DNA of 50,762 nt from Euryarchaeota archaeon UBA58 (GTDB taxonomy: Archaea; Thermoplasmatota; Poseidoniia; Poseidoniales; Thalassarchaeaceae): contig DAHR01000005.1 in the NCBI GenBank assembly GCA_002498525.1, positions 108,478 through 159,239 of the forward strand. The letters run 5' to 3'. Shown piece by piece: positions 26,623 through 37,125 of this stretch. Position numbers and translations under genes: made by a program. Numbering within the stretch: position 1 is the first letter of the stretch; every line of letters starts with the position of its first letter. The notes below the pieces were generated by a model. It was not told where the DNA came from, did no database searches, and saw nothing but the letters and a program-made list of their open reading frames with translations.

Positions 26623-29610
26623 TCAAATCATCCTCTTCAGATGTTGTCCTGTATGACTCGCGTCATTCGCCGCAACCTCTGCTGGAGTGCCTTGAGCGAC
26701 TATCGCTCCGCCACGCTCGCCGCCACCAGGGCCGAGGTCGAGGACCCAGTCGGCGCACTTGATGACGTCGAGATGGTGTTCGATGATGATGACCGTGTGG
26801 CCATTCCGGCGTAGACGGAGAAGAACGTCAATGAGTTGATGGACATCGGACATCGCCAAGCCCGTTGTAGGTTCATCGAGGATGTAGACTGTGTGTCTGC
26901 GCGCCGGTCTGTGCAACTCTGACGCCAACTTGACCCGTTGCGCTTCGCCTCCTGACAGTGTGGTGGCTGGCTGGCCGAGACGGATGTAGCCGAGGCCGAC
27001 ATCTTTGAGTGTTGAAAGAATTCGATGGATGCCTCGCTGGTTGGCGAAGAAATCGTTTGCTTCTTCCACCGGCATCTCAAGGATGTCGTGGATGGTTTTC
27101 CCGCGCCATTTGACTTCGAGAGTCTCGCGTGTGTAGCGTTTTCCTTTGCAGATATCGCAGGTCACCCAGACGTCGGGAAGGAAGTTCATCTCAAGTTTCA
27201 TCGAACCTGCTCCCTTGCAGGATTCGCATCTTCCACCCTTGACATTGAATGAGAAATGCCCTGGCAGGTAACCTCGCTCGCGGGCTAGCTTGGTCTCTGA
27301 GAAGAGGCTGCGGATAGGGGTGAATGCACCTGTATAGGTGGCTGCGTTGGAGCGTGGGGTTCGGCCGATCGGTGATTGGTCGATGACTATCACCTTGTCG
27401 ATATGTTCGGTGCCATCGATTCGATCGTGACTTCCTGGAATCGTGTCGGCTCCGTGTAACTCGCGCAGCAGAGCGGGCGCGAGTGTTTCAGTGATTAGAG
27501 ATGATTTCCCTGAGCCCGACACTCCGGTCACCGCTATCATGCAACCCAATGGTATCTTCACATCCAAATCGCGCAGGTTGTTCCTGCGCGCGCCGAGGAT
27601 GGTCAGCCAGCGTGACTCATCGGGGTCGATTCTGTCTTTTGGAATCGGTATCGAACTACGCCCAGACAGGTAGGCTGCGGTGATGCTGTCTTTCGACTCG
27701 AGAAGATCCTTGAAGGAGCCATTCACCACGACGTCCCCGCCTTCTTTTCCAGCTCCGATTCCCATGTCGACGATCCAATCGGCTTGTCGCAGCGTTGCTT
27801 CGTCGTGCTCGACGACGAGCAGTGAGTTGCCCAGAGTCGTCAGTTCTCGCAACGTCTCAAGCAGCCGACCGTTGTCGCGCGGGTGCAGGCCGATGCTGGG
27901 TTCATCGAGGACGTACATGACGCCGGTCAGTCGAGTACCTATCTGGGTAGCGAGGCGAATGCGTTGGGATTCACCCCCAGCCAAGGTGTTGGCACGGCGG
28001 TCGAGAGTGAGATAATCAAGGCCGACGAGGGCGAGGAAGCGGAGTCTGGATTCAATCTCCTTGATTACTTCCTCACCAATGAAAAGTGAGCGTTCGTCAA
28101 GGTGTTGTGAAGTCGAAACAACTTCTGTCGTCGGAACCTCACGCTCCAATTTATCCCACGTCTCATCCAGAGCTCCGAGGCGCCATCTCTGGACCACAGC
28201 AAGCGCCTCGAGGACGCTGCAGGCTGAGAAAGCGGGTAGGCTGACGCCCCCGACGATGACTCCACTGACTGCCCGATTCAACTTCCTGCCGTTGCATTCA
28301 AGGCAGTGCTCATCGGTCATGTATGATGCCAGCCGTGAGCGTGTGCGGTCGGATGCGGTGTCGGTATAGGTGCGCCTGATGCGGGAGAAAACACCCTCCC
28401 ACGGTCTGATCATTCGGTAGGCTGAGCCCTTGTTGGAAGAGAATTCAAAATTGATCGCGGTGCTACCGGTGCCGTGCAACAGGATGTCTTTAGCGTCATC
28501 GTCCAATTCTCCGAATGGGATGTCTGTGGGATGTCCATAGTGTTCGCATACCTGTTTCATCTGAGTCTTGTACCAGCCCGACATCATAGAAGAGCGGAAT
28601 GGTCTGATGCAACCCTCTTCGACGCTGGCCAATCGATCAATCACCATGTCTGGAGAGAATTCGCGTTGCACTCCAAGACCTTGACAGTCAGGGCAAGCGC
28701 CGAGTGGATTGTTGAAGGAGAAGACTCGGGGGCTCATCTCGGGTAAGAAGGAGCCGTGCTCGGCGCAGGCGAACTCCTCTGTGTAGGCGATAATCTCTCC
28801 TGACTTCGTCTGGAATCTCTGTTCTTGGCTTTCCTCGCCCTTCGCGGACTTGGGTGCTTCAAGACTCTCGATGGCGACGGTCCCGCCACCCAGACGCATG
28901 CCTTCGGCGACCGCTTCGGTCAATCGCTGCTTGTTGGTTCGCGACAGGCGGAGCCTGTCGATTCTTACGTCGATGTCGTGACGAAGATTCTTCTCTAGTT
29001 CGGGAGCTCCTTCAAACTCCTCCTCTCGGCCATTGATGCGTCCCTTCAGATAACCTTGTTCGACGAGAGCGCGGAATAGATCGGCATGTGTTCCTTTGCG
29101 GTTTCTGACAGCGGGCGACCAGATGGCGATCGCATGGCCTTCGAAGCGCCAGAGCACGTCATCGACGATTTCCTGAACTGTTCTGCGGGTGACTTCGCGT
29201 CCGCAATCAGGGCAGTGCGGAAGACCTACGCGAGCCCATAACAGGCGTAGGTAATCCATGATCTCAGTGACCGTCGCGACAGTTGAACGGGGGTTGTGGC
29301 TGCCCTGCTTCTGGTCGATGCTGATGGCTGGTGAGAGGCCTTCGATACTGTCACAGTCCGGCTTCTTCATCTGGCCGAGGAATTGCCGAGCATAGGATGA
29401 GAGGGACTCAACGTAACGTCGCTGTCCTTCGGCATACAGAGTGTCGAAAGCGAGGCTGGATTTACCGCTTCCAGAGACGCCTGAGATGACGACGAATTTT
29501 CCTCTTGGAATCTTGACATCGATGTCTCGCAGATTATGGGTCCGCGCGCCCTTGACCACTATCCAACCCTGTTCGGTCGCGCCATTCTCTTCCCTTCGAA
29601 CCAGATTCAA
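26623..29610 (-). CDS. uvrA: Excinuclease ABC subunit A
   Basis: [35 protein letters not shown], zinc fingers, two ABC ATPase domains, LSGGEAQR. Confidence 0.98.
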   Translation of the reverse strand: MNLVRREENGATEQGWIVVKGARTHNLRDIDVKIPRGKFVVISGVSGSGKSSLAFDTLYAEGQRRYVESLSSYARQFLGQMKKPDCDSIEGLSPAISIDQKQGSHNPRSTVATVTEIMDYLRLLWARVGLPHCPDCGREVTRRTVQEIVDDVLWRFEGHAIAIWSPAVRNRKGTHADLFRALVEQGYLKGRINGREEEFEGAPELEKNLRHDIDVRIDRLRLSRTNKQRLTEAVAEGMRLGGGTVAIESLEAPKSAKGEESQEQRFQTKSGEIIAYTEEFACAEHGSFLPEMSPRVFSFNNPLGACPDCQGLGVQREFSPDMVIDRLASVEEGCIRPFRSSMMSGWYKTQMKQVCEHYGHPTDIPFGELDDDAKDILLHGTGSTAINFEFSSNKGSAYRMIRPWEGVFSRIRRTYTDTASDRTRSRLASYMTDEHCLECNGRKLNRAVSGVIVGGVSLPAFSACSVLEALAVVQRWRLGALDETWDKLEREVPTTEVVSTSQHLDERSLFIGEEVIKEIESRLRFLALVGLDYLTLDRRANTLAGGESQRIRLATQIGTRLTGVMYVLDEPSIGLHPRDNGRLLETLRELTTLGNSLLVVEHDEATLRQADWIVDMGIGAGKEGGDVVVNGSFKDLLESKDSITAAYLSGRSSIPIPKDRIDPDESRWLTILGARRNNLRDLDVKIPLGCMIAVTGVSGSGKSSLITETLAPALLRELHGADTIPGSHDRIDGTEHIDKVIVIDQSPIGRTPRSNAATYTGAFTPIRSLFSETKLARERGYLPGHFSFNVKGGRCESCKGAGSMKLEMNFLPDVWVTCDICKGKRYTRETLEVKWRGKTIHDILEMPVEEANDFFANQRGIHRILSTLKDVGLGYIRLGQPATTLSGGEAQRVKLASELHRPARRHTVYILDEPTTGLAMSDVHQLIDVLLRLRRNGHTVIIIEHHLDVIKCADWVLDLGPGGGERGGAIVAQGTPAEVAANDASHTGQHLKRMI

Positions 29611-29677
29611 TCCCCCGCGCGCAGGCTTGCCGTGAATGAGGGTGTCCTTGAACTCATCCGCTCGTCAGCGGCCTCGC

Positions 29678-30883
29678 TCAACGAAGCCATAGTGCATCGA
29701 CGAAATCTCCGGCTTCGGCATCAGTGCCGGGAGGCAGAAGGGTCAGTCCATCGTGGGCGACGAGGCTGTGAAGGTTGCCACTGCCTTGGTGGGTATGGAC
29801 GCTGCCGACGAGTTCGTCGCCCTCACTCGTGATGCGGATGCGACGCAGGCAAAGTTTGTCTTCAGCGCCTTTGACTGAATTCTTCAATCGAACTCGGACT
29901 TGTCTCGATAATCGGGGTCCGAGTTCGGGGTGAGCGCCGAGGGAATGCTGAATCCACGGCGCTAGCAAAATATGGAAAATCACTTGACTGCTAACTGGAT
30001 TTCCGGGTAAGCCGAAGAGCGGAGTGCCCTTCCAAGTACCGAATAATGGTGGGCCGCCAGGCCTGACTTTCATTCGCCAGAATACGAGTTCGCCCTCCTC
30101 TTCCATGAGCCGCCGAACGAGGTCCCAATCCCCCATGCTGACCCCCCCGCTGGTGATGATGGCGTCATGACCGGTGAGAGAATCGAGAGTCTTTCGTAAC
30201 TCATCGAGTGAGTCTGGTGCACTGTCGAGGCGGTTTGCTTCGCAGCCCATCTCCTCGACCAACGAAGCCAGAGCATGCGAATTCGATTCGTAAATCTGAC
30301 CTTCGGCCAATTCATCGCCGGCTCGAACCAATTCATCTCCTGTCGAGATAATCGCTATTCGAGGTTTCACGGCGACTTCGATCTCGCCGTGACCCATCGT
30401 CGCGGCCAGGGCCAATTCAGCTGGACCGAGTAACGCTCCTGTTGGAAGAGCCTCTTGTCCTCTCGCCAGATTCTCTGCTCGGCGGCGGATGAAATTGGTT
30501 CTGGCTGGCCCGTTTATCGATACTGATTCGCCCAGAACTTCAGTATCCTCGACCATGACGATCGCGTCGGCTCCGTCTGGGACTCGAGCACCTGTCATGA
30601 TTCGACATGCCTCGCCGGCCTCTACTGTAGGGAGGTCTTGGCCACCAGCTTTGCTGGTTCCAACGATGTGTAATCGCGCACCAGCCTCGTCACAATCCGA
30701 GGCGCGAACGGCAAAGCCGTCCATAGCCGAATTATCGAAGCGGGGATCATCGACTTTCGAGTGCAGCCCAACAGCGAGAATGCGATTGTGCGCCGCATCC
30801 AGAGGAATGTGTTCGGTACGGCGGGGCATCGGTTTTTCGCAAGCCAATTCAATGGCGCGCTCGAGACTCACCCCCCGCTCCAT
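29678..30883 (-). CDS. moeA: Molybdopterin molybdenumtransferase
   Basis: FDNSAMDGFAV, IMTGA.VPDGADAIVMVED, STGDEL, SGGVSMGDWD, GLPGNPVS. Confidence 0.95.
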   Translation of the reverse strand: MERGVSLERAIELACEKPMPRRTEHIPLDAAHNRILAVGLHSKVDDPRFDNSAMDGFAVRASDCDEAGARLHIVGTSKAGGQDLPTVEAGEACRIMTGARVPDGADAIVMVEDTEVLGESVSINGPARTNFIRRRAENLARGQEALPTGALLGPAELALAATMGHGEIEVAVKPRIAIISTGDELVRAGDELAEGQIYESNSHALASLVEEMGCEANRLDSAPDSLDELRKTLDSLTGHDAIITSGGVSMGDWDLVRRLMEEEGELVFWRMKVRPGGPPLFGTWKGTPLFGLPGNPVSSQVIFHILLAPWIQHSLGAHPELGPRLSRQVRVRLKNSVKGAEDKLCLRRIRITSEGDELVGSVHTHQGSGNLHSLVAHDGLTLLPPGTDAEAGDFVDALWLR

Positions 30884-30943
30884 GATTCTTCAGACACCGT
30901 CTCGTTCAAGTGTTCTTCCCGCCTCGATTCAAGTGTGTTTGGA

Positions 30944-31702
30944 GTGGATGAATTGGTTCTTCTTTCGGCTCTGTTCGCCATTGCGATACTGTATTCGTCA
31001 GTCGGTCATGGGGGTGGTTCGGGTTATCTCGCGGTGCTTTCGTTGAGCACATTGGCGGGTTCTGACCCAATATGGTTGAAGCAGCATTCGTGGACCTTGA
31101 ATCTGGTTGTCGCCGGAATCGCTTTCCTTCACTTTCACAGACAAGGATTCCACCAACGCTCTCTTACTGTTCCCTTCCTGGTCGCCAGTGTGCCGATGGC
31201 TTTCATCGGAGGTTATCTTCGGGTTGATGGTGTGTTGTACGACACGCTGCTGTCGATGGTTCTGATTTGGGCGGCGTGGCGACTCTTCGACTCTCAGTCT
31301 GTTGATTTCGAGGTCGCTTCGGGCGTTCCTGAGTTCAGAGAGGTCGTTCCCTGGGGTGCCTCGATCGGGCTTGCGAGTGGGGTTATTGGAATCGGGGGGG
31401 GAATATTTCTCTCGCCCGTCATGTTGCTTAATCGCTGGGCGACTCCGAAGGTTGTGGCGGCTAGTGCTGCCGCTTTCATCTGGGTGAATTCGGCGGCTGG
31501 ATTGATTGGGTCGGCAGCGTCGGGACAATTCGTTCTGGATCTGGATTTCATCACCATCGCGGTGCCTGTAGTCTTGGTGGGGGGGTTCATCGGGTCGACA
31601 TATGGCGCCGGGGTAGCCCATCAATCGACTGTTCGCAGGCTCCTTGTTGGGGTTCTGCTGATCGCTGCCGGAAAACGGGTCCTGGGGTTGTTGGGCATTT
31701 GA
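30944..31702 (+). CDS. TauE/SafE (TSUP) family membrane protein
   Basis: YSSVGHGGGSGY and SGVIGIGGGIFLSP repeats; about 8 TM helices; start taken at GTG 30944. Confidence 0.88.
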   Translation: MDELVLLSALFAIAILYSSVGHGGGSGYLAVLSLSTLAGSDPIWLKQHSWTLNLVVAGIAFLHFHRQGFHQRSLTVPFLVASVPMAFIGGYLRVDGVLYDTLLSMVLIWAAWRLFDSQSVDFEVASGVPEFREVVPWGASIGLASGVIGIGGGIFLSPVMLLNRWATPKVVAASAAAFIWVNSAAGLIGSAASGQFVLDLDFITIAVPVVLVGGFIGSTYGAGVAHQSTVRRLLVGVLLIAAGKRVLGLLGI

Positions 31703-31744
31703 TTGGGTTTGGTTCGTGGAGGTGCAGGGAGTGCTGACTGCTAT

Positions 31745-32401
31745 TCAGAGGCCAATTGCATCGGAGTGACCGCATTCAGGGTAGGCGCACAAGACCTTGT
31801 AACGGTCCCGTTTCGGTTTCGGGATATGCATCGTCGAGCCGCACATCGAACATTGGTGAGTGATGATCTGCGGCTCGTCGGAATCCTCCATCTCAAAGTC
31901 GTCCAGAACGTTCTCGTGGACTGTCCAGCCAACTTGGTCCACGTATTCATCTGCCTCTTCTGAGATGACCTTCTCCCTCAACCCGAGTTTGATTCGTAAC
32001 CTTCGCCTACGCCTCTTCGCGGGTTTCCGTTGTTTGGTCCTTCCTTTGGTCGGCTTGGTTATTCCCTTCGCAAGGCGTTTACCTGTCGGGGCTGGCTGTT
32101 TGCCCCTCGAAGGTGGCATCGGCTTTCCTCTCGGCGCGGCTTTACGCTTGGGAATGGGTCTTCCTTTGGCTGCTGGCCTCTTACTTGTGCGAGATGGGGG
32201 TCTGCCCTTCGGTGTGGGTCGCTTCGAGGGAGGTGGTGGCACTCCAGCCTTCGGGGGTGGAGGGGGCGCCCTCTTCGGGGGTGGGGGTGGTGCCTTGCCC
32301 TTCGGTCTGGCCTTCGGAGGTGGTGGCGCTTTGCGCTTCGGCGGGGGTGCCTTGGCTTTGCCCGGGGGTGGTGGTGGTGGTGGTGGGGGCTTGTCTGCCA
32401 T
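31745..32401 (-). CDS. Pro/Lys/Arg-rich low-complexity protein with a C-terminal zinc ribbon
   Basis: Poly-Pro runs, KRRRRR, acidic segment, CSMC...CAYPEC; GGAGG SD. Confidence 0.75.
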   Translation of the reverse strand: MADKPPPPPPPPPGKAKAPPPKRKAPPPPKARPKGKAPPPPPKRAPPPPPKAGVPPPPSKRPTPKGRPPSRTSKRPAAKGRPIPKRKAAPRGKPMPPSRGKQPAPTGKRLAKGITKPTKGRTKQRKPAKRRRRRLRIKLGLREKVISEEADEYVDQVGWTVHENVLDDFEMEDSDEPQIITHQCSMCGSTMHIPKPKRDRYKVLCAYPECGHSDAIGL

Positions 32402-32462
32402 GGCTATCCTCCTATGGCAAAGCCGGTGATGCTATGAAAGAATCGGGGAGATGTTGCCTACA

Positions 32463-33005
32463 TCATGCAGGAAATCTCAGTAGAGATTGAACCTGTACAG
32501 GCGAGATCACGTCGCGACCTTTGAGTCCATCTAATTCAATGAGAAAGAGTGATCCTGCGACCTCGGCACCAGCTTGCTCACAGAGTTCGATGCAAGCAGC
32601 GACCGTTCCTCCAGTCGCCAGAAGGTCATCGACAATCACCACCTTCTGTCCAGATGCTAAAGCGTCCTCATGCATTTCGAGTCGGTTGGTTCCGTATTCG
32701 AGTGTGTATTCCACCACCCTCGTCGAGTCAGGTAACTTACCGGGTTTGCGTACCGGAATGAATCCGATTTCAAGACGGCTGGCGAGTAGAGGGCCGAAGA
32801 TGAATCCACGAGCCTCGGGGCCGATGATCATATCGGGCATCCACCCTACTTCTTCCATACGTTCAATGAAGAGATTCGTCACCATCGATAGGAGGGTTCC
32901 ATCAGCCAGCAGTGGTGTGATGTCTCGGAACATTATCCCTTCAACAGGGAAGTCCGGAACTGTCCGAACGGCCTCTCGTAATCTATTGATTCGTTCATCA
33001 GACAT
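32463..33005 (-). CDS. apt: Adenine phosphoribosyltransferase
   Basis: PDFP..GIMFRDITPLL, EARGFIFG, RKPGKLP, YTLEYG, VDDLLATGGT. Confidence 0.97.
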   Translation of the reverse strand: MSDERINRLREAVRTVPDFPVEGIMFRDITPLLADGTLLSMVTNLFIERMEEVGWMPDMIIGPEARGFIFGPLLASRLEIGFIPVRKPGKLPDSTRVVEYTLEYGTNRLEMHEDALASGQKVVIVDDLLATGGTVAACIELCEQAGAEVAGSLFLIELDGLKGRDVISPVQVQSLLRFPA

Positions 33006-33085
33006 GCTACCCGCTCCGCCGGGGGAGGGGCCTGGGCCTTCAGGCTATGCCGTCGGGCCCTGGTTTCCCGTTACGTAGTTCCTAA

Positions 33086-34549
33086 TCAGTTGAGACCGAG
33101 CTTGTCGAACACGAAGTTGAAGGTGTTCTGATCGCCTGGTCCTAGGTAGAACATCGCCATCAGGGCGAATAGAGCCCACATGACTGTGTTCAGCTCGCCC
33201 CACTTGCCCATGCCGATCTTAATCGCGACGTAGGAGATGACGCCCCAAGCGATTCCATCTGCGATGGAGTACGTGAATGGCATTATTACCATAGTCAAGA
33301 AGGCTGGTACTGCCATCTCCGCGTCGGCCCAGTTGATGTCTGCGGCCTGACGCATCATCATGGCGCCGATGATTACCAGCGCCAGTGCTGCAGCGAAGGT
33401 AGGGATGTTCTGGAAGAGGTTTTCGAAGAACAGGCCAGTGAGCATCAGGACGCCCACAGTCACTGCTACCAGACCAGTCTTCCCACCTTCCTCGACACCA
33501 GCCACCGACTCGATGTAAGTAGTGGTCGTGCTGGTACCGAAGAACGCGCCGACAACCGTCGCCGCTGCGTCCGACATGAAGGCCTCGTCCGAGTTCTTCA
33601 GCTCGTCATTCTCATCGACGTAGCCCGCCTGGCGGCCCACAGAGTAGAGGGTGCCCGCGGTGTCGAAGATATCGACGAACAGGAAGGTGATCATCACCAT
33701 CAAGAACGCCCCGAGGGTCGTACCGCCGTCGGAACCGACATCACCTAGTGCGCTAAACGCTGCTCCCATGGTCTCTTCAGGCAGGCCGACGAACTCGATT
33801 GCCATTAGATCAGGCCAGGTAGCGTCCACCGCTGCCCATCCCGCTCCACCGGCCATGAAGTCGTTGTACGGGTCGTAGGCCGAAGTGGCCCAGCCCCATA
33901 GCGAGGCCACGGCGATGCCGATGATGATGGCTCCCTTCTGCCCACGGGCCATCAGGATGACCGTTAGAATTAGGCAGACCATGGAGATAAAACCCCCGTG
34001 GTTGTACGTGAACGTCTCCGTCGCGCCGAGATTGACAAGAGTTGCCGGATCGTTAACGACCCAGCCCATCTCCCGGAGACCTATGATTGCCAGGAACATA
34101 CCTATGCCGGCTCCTGTGGCTATCTTGAGGTCCGTCGGGATGGAGTTGATCATGATAGTTCTCCAGCCTACTTGAGGTAGAGAAATTATGAGGAATAATA
34201 CTCCTTCAACCAAAACCGCGGCTAATGCGACATCCCAAGGTATGCCCATACCGAGGACCACTGCGAACGTGAAGTACGCATTCAGTCCCATTCCAGGTGC
34301 AAGAGCGAAGGGCAGATTTGCCCACAACCCCATGACCACGCAGCCGACGAAGGCCGCCACGGCCGTCGCGAACAGCGCGTCGCCAAAGGGTATACCCGTT
34401 GCACCAAAGTTACTCAACATAGAAGGGTTCACTATGAGGATGTAAGCCATGGTCAGGAATGTCGTCACTCCAGCCCGTATCTCCGCCTCGACAGTGGTTC
34501 CTGCTTCTGTCAGTCCAAATTGTTTATCTAATACTTTCATTGCTTCCAT
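33086..34549 (-). CDS. NCS2/AzgA family purine permease
   Basis: AGVTTFLTMAYI..VNP, ALAPGMGLNAYF, DIFDTAGT, TTTYIES.AG...GG.TGL, MPFTYSIADG. Confidence 0.95.
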   Translation of the reverse strand: MEAMKVLDKQFGLTEAGTTVEAEIRAGVTTFLTMAYILIVNPSMLSNFGATGIPFGDALFATAVAAFVGCVVMGLWANLPFALAPGMGLNAYFTFAVVLGMGIPWDVALAAVLVEGVLFLIISLPQVGWRTIMINSIPTDLKIATGAGIGMFLAIIGLREMGWVVNDPATLVNLGATETFTYNHGGFISMVCLILTVILMARGQKGAIIIGIAVASLWGWATSAYDPYNDFMAGGAGWAAVDATWPDLMAIEFVGLPEETMGAAFSALGDVGSDGGTTLGAFLMVMITFLFVDIFDTAGTLYSVGRQAGYVDENDELKNSDEAFMSDAAATVVGAFFGTSTTTTYIESVAGVEEGGKTGLVAVTVGVLMLTGLFFENLFQNIPTFAAALALVIIGAMMMRQAADINWADAEMAVPAFLTMVIMPFTYSIADGIAWGVISYVAIKIGMGKWGELNTVMWALFALMAMFYLGPGDQNTFNFVFDKLGLN

Positions 34550-34641
34550 TTTTTCACCTTTCTTTCCAGTAACGCAGCGCGTCGGCTACGTACCCTCTCA
34601 ACCCCGCCGTGGGCTTATTTAGGATTCGGCCGAAATCACCG

Positions 34642-35949
34642 TTAGCTGAGATTCAGCGTCTCTCCATTCAATGGAAGTGAAGGTGCCGGCGACTCTGTGA
34701 ATTCTGCTGCAATCGCCGATCTCGCGTCATCATCGCCATGAAACAAGACGACATGCCTGGGCTCGCACGCACGCACGAAGGAGACGAGATCAGAATGACC
34801 TGCATGATTGGATAATTGGAATTGTGTGACTTCGAGATCTATTGCTGTCTCGTTACCAAATATCCTCAAACTACCTTTCTCCAACAATCGGTGCCCCCCT
34901 GAACCCTCTGCTTGGTAACCAGTCAGGAGAATAGCGTTGGCAGAATCATGACGAAGTCGATTTAGATACCATATAGCTGGCCCACCATCAAGCATCCCAC
35001 TCGTTGTTACGATGACGTCAGCGTCCAGGGCTTTCTTGCGATCGGACTTGCTTGACACTATGCGTGCCCAATTCCATACTTGTTTGAGATGTTCTGGTTC
35101 ATCGGTGTGCTCTGGATGAGATAGCCAATGACGCGTGAGTCGTGTGCCCATCCCATCAAAATGAACGTTCAGATGAGGTGCTGCGCGATGTAGGATTCGA
35201 AGGACATCCTGACATCTACCAGATGCGAAGGCGGGCACCAGCACCACCCCCCCTCTACTCACAACTTCCTTCACTCTACTGACGAAACGCGCCTCTTCGG
35301 TTGCCCGAACGGGGTGTTCTCTTCCTCCATAAGTAGCTTCTAGACAGAGAATATCACAATTGATTGGTTCCGCTCCTCGAACGTTGGGGCCATCTCTGAT
35401 GTCGATGTCTCCACTCCACAACAATCGCAATTCAGGCGTCTCGATCTCGATCATGATGGCTCCAGGTATGTGCCCAGCTCTATGGAATCTGCATTTCCAC
35501 TCACCAATCTCGAACCATTCCCCCACATCGTGAGTCTGCCAAGCATTGAGGGCCGCATCGAGATCCCTCTTATCCCAAGGTAATGGATAGCCCTCAATAC
35601 TGGAAACTTTGTAAGTGTCTCTCCACATGATTTCTGACACCGCAGCTGTGAGTGTAGTTCCATGAAGTGCAGCCCCATATTGACCAACCAACCATGGTGC
35701 CATACCAATATGATCAATATGCGAATGAGTGATGATGGTGTGTTCGATTGGGGGGCATTCCTTCGGGTATCGTGGTGGCCTGGTAGGTGCGAGTCCATAA
35801 TCGATGAGCACTCGAGTTCCGGTCCGATCCTCAAGTAGGCACCCGACATTACCCACCTCATCTCCACCACCGAGAAAATGCAGTCGAATTCCAGACTCGA
35901 CGGGTTCCTCTGGATATCCAGATGTCCTGCCTGGTGTGTACAGTACCAT
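34642..35949 (-). CDS. MBL-fold beta-CASP ribonuclease (aCPSF2-like)
   Basis: LGGGDEVG, THSHIDHIG, AGHIPG, EATYG, PAFASGRCQ, TSGMLDGGP, TGYQAEG, SNHAG, LFHG; start taken at MVLYTPG. Confidence 0.9.
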   Translation of the reverse strand: MVLYTPGRTSGYPEEPVESGIRLHFLGGGDEVGNVGCLLEDRTGTRVLIDYGLAPTRPPRYPKECPPIEHTIITHSHIDHIGMAPWLVGQYGAALHGTTLTAAVSEIMWRDTYKVSSIEGYPLPWDKRDLDAALNAWQTHDVGEWFEIGEWKCRFHRAGHIPGAIMIEIETPELRLLWSGDIDIRDGPNVRGAEPINCDILCLEATYGGREHPVRATEEARFVSRVKEVVSRGGVVLVPAFASGRCQDVLRILHRAAPHLNVHFDGMGTRLTRHWLSHPEHTDEPEHLKQVWNWARIVSSKSDRKKALDADVIVTTSGMLDGGPAIWYLNRLRHDSANAILLTGYQAEGSGGHRLLEKGSLRIFGNETAIDLEVTQFQLSNHAGHSDLVSFVRACEPRHVVLFHGDDDARSAIAAEFTESPAPSLPLNGETLNLS

Positions 35950-36002
35950 GACCGTGCGAAGTGAGTGATGCTCATCATTCAACCGGCGGTCCGAGTAGGG
36001 GA

Positions 36003-36176
36003 ACCCCTGAATTTCTTCTGGAGATTGATACCAATTCAAAGAATTGGAATGGAAGTAGCAGTATGATTATTGTCCGTCAGCGATATACTTCAAATGACTA
36101 TCGAAGATTGAGTTAAAAAGAGTGATTCTATCGATATCTTTGGCCTTCATCAGTTATCCAATGGAAAACAAGGGGA
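36003..36176. other. Candidate replication origin (inverted ORB-like boxes flanking an AT-rich spacer)
   Basis: Minus-strand TCCAGAAGAAATTCAGGGGT (36003-36022) and plus-strand TCCAATGGAAAACAAGGGGA (36157-36176); the 134-bp spacer is about 34% GC by hand count. Confidence 0.6.
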
Positions 36177-36217
36177 TGGGGCATTAATTTGAGAACAGCA
36201 ACCCCGTCCGAATCATC

Positions 36218-36436
36218 ATGGCTCGCCGAACCGACGAGACTCTTCAGCTCGATGAGGGGAGGTGTTTCGGTTGTGCGGCATGCGTCGCTCTCTGCCCGAT
36301 CGACGTCTTGGATCTTGAAGGACTCTTGATTAATATCAATGAACCAGAATGTACTCATTGCGAACTCTGCATTCCGGCCTGCCCCGTCAACGCACTATTC
36401 TTTTCTTCACCCCACCAAAATGAGTTGGTTGCTTGA
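36218..36436 (+). CDS. 2x[4Fe-4S] ferredoxin
   Basis: CFGCAACVALCP and CTHCELCIPACP. Confidence 0.93.
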   Translation: MARRTDETLQLDEGRCFGCAACVALCPIDVLDLEGLLININEPECTHCELCIPACPVNALFFSSPHQNELVA

Positions 36437-37125
36437 CTCCAACTATTGCAATTCTTGGCTCTGACCTTCAAACACTCGCCTGCGCCCACACTATTCTCGA
36501 CGAATTACCAACCACATTGATTCATATTATCGTGAAAGAAGCAGAATTTGGTTTGATGAGTGAGGGTCCTGGTTTACTCGAGAGAGACTCTTGGCCAATT
36601 CTACCAGAATCCTGGTTAAGTGATTTTCAATTTCAACAACCAGGAGAGACTTCAACAGCGATTCGAAGATCGTGGCTAGAGAAAGCATGTGCAATTCACC
36701 TCACCTCTCGGGGCACGATTTTTCACCTTCTGAGTGACTGCAGTATAACCACAAAAGACAACTTCATCACTATTCAAGTGAAAGGAGGGGGGCATTCCAA
36801 TCAACAGTCAATATTGGTAGACGGAGTCCTCGATCTACGAGATGAGGAAATGAAACATGATCTATGGGAGGGGGGAATTCGTCTCGGTGATTTGAAGGGA
36901 GTTGGAATCGAAGGCGTTCGCCCCGATTTCCTCATTGAGACTTGGTGGAAAGGTGAAGAACCAACAAGGGTCAATTGGCTGCAACGAATGCAGTGGCGAG
37001 GAAAAGACCCGAGACGGTCAATGAGTGATGATATTCACAACGGTGTAACCCTCGCCAGATCCTTCCTTGAGCACAATGATGCCGCTGAAACACTTAGACG
37101 AGGGGTGAAGCACGCAACATCATGA
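36433..37125 (+). CDS. Hypothetical protein, degenerate geranylgeranyl-reductase-like Rossmann fold
   Basis: IAILGSDLQTLACA (eroded GxGxxG), IRRSWLEKACA...RG; 4-nt overlaps with both neighbours. Confidence 0.55.
   Translation: MTPTIAILGSDLQTLACAHTILDELPTTLIHIIVKEAEFGLMSEGPGLLERDSWPILPESWLSDFQFQQPGETSTAIRRSWLEKACAIHLTSRGTIFHLLSDCSITTKDNFITIQVKGGGHSNQQSILVDGVLDLRDEEMKHDLWEGGIRLGDLKGVGIEGVRPDFLIETWWKGEEPTRVNWLQRMQWRGKDPRRSMSDDIHNGVTLARSFLEHNDAAETLRRGVKHATS

Noticed and set aside
26623-29610. Bacterial-type uvrA in an archaeon as a novelty
   Set aside because: UvrABC is well known in mesophilic euryarchaea; uvrB and uvrC may simply lie elsewhere in the genome
31860-32429. Gly-rich 189-aa + strand ORF
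   Set aside because: Mirror of the Pro-rich - strand gene, which has the SD and the zinc-ribbon domain
33030-33062. GC-rich hairpin between the permease and apt considered as a SECIS element or purine riboswitch
   Set aside because: It lacks the consensus of either, and no in-frame UGA selenoprotein candidate is nearby
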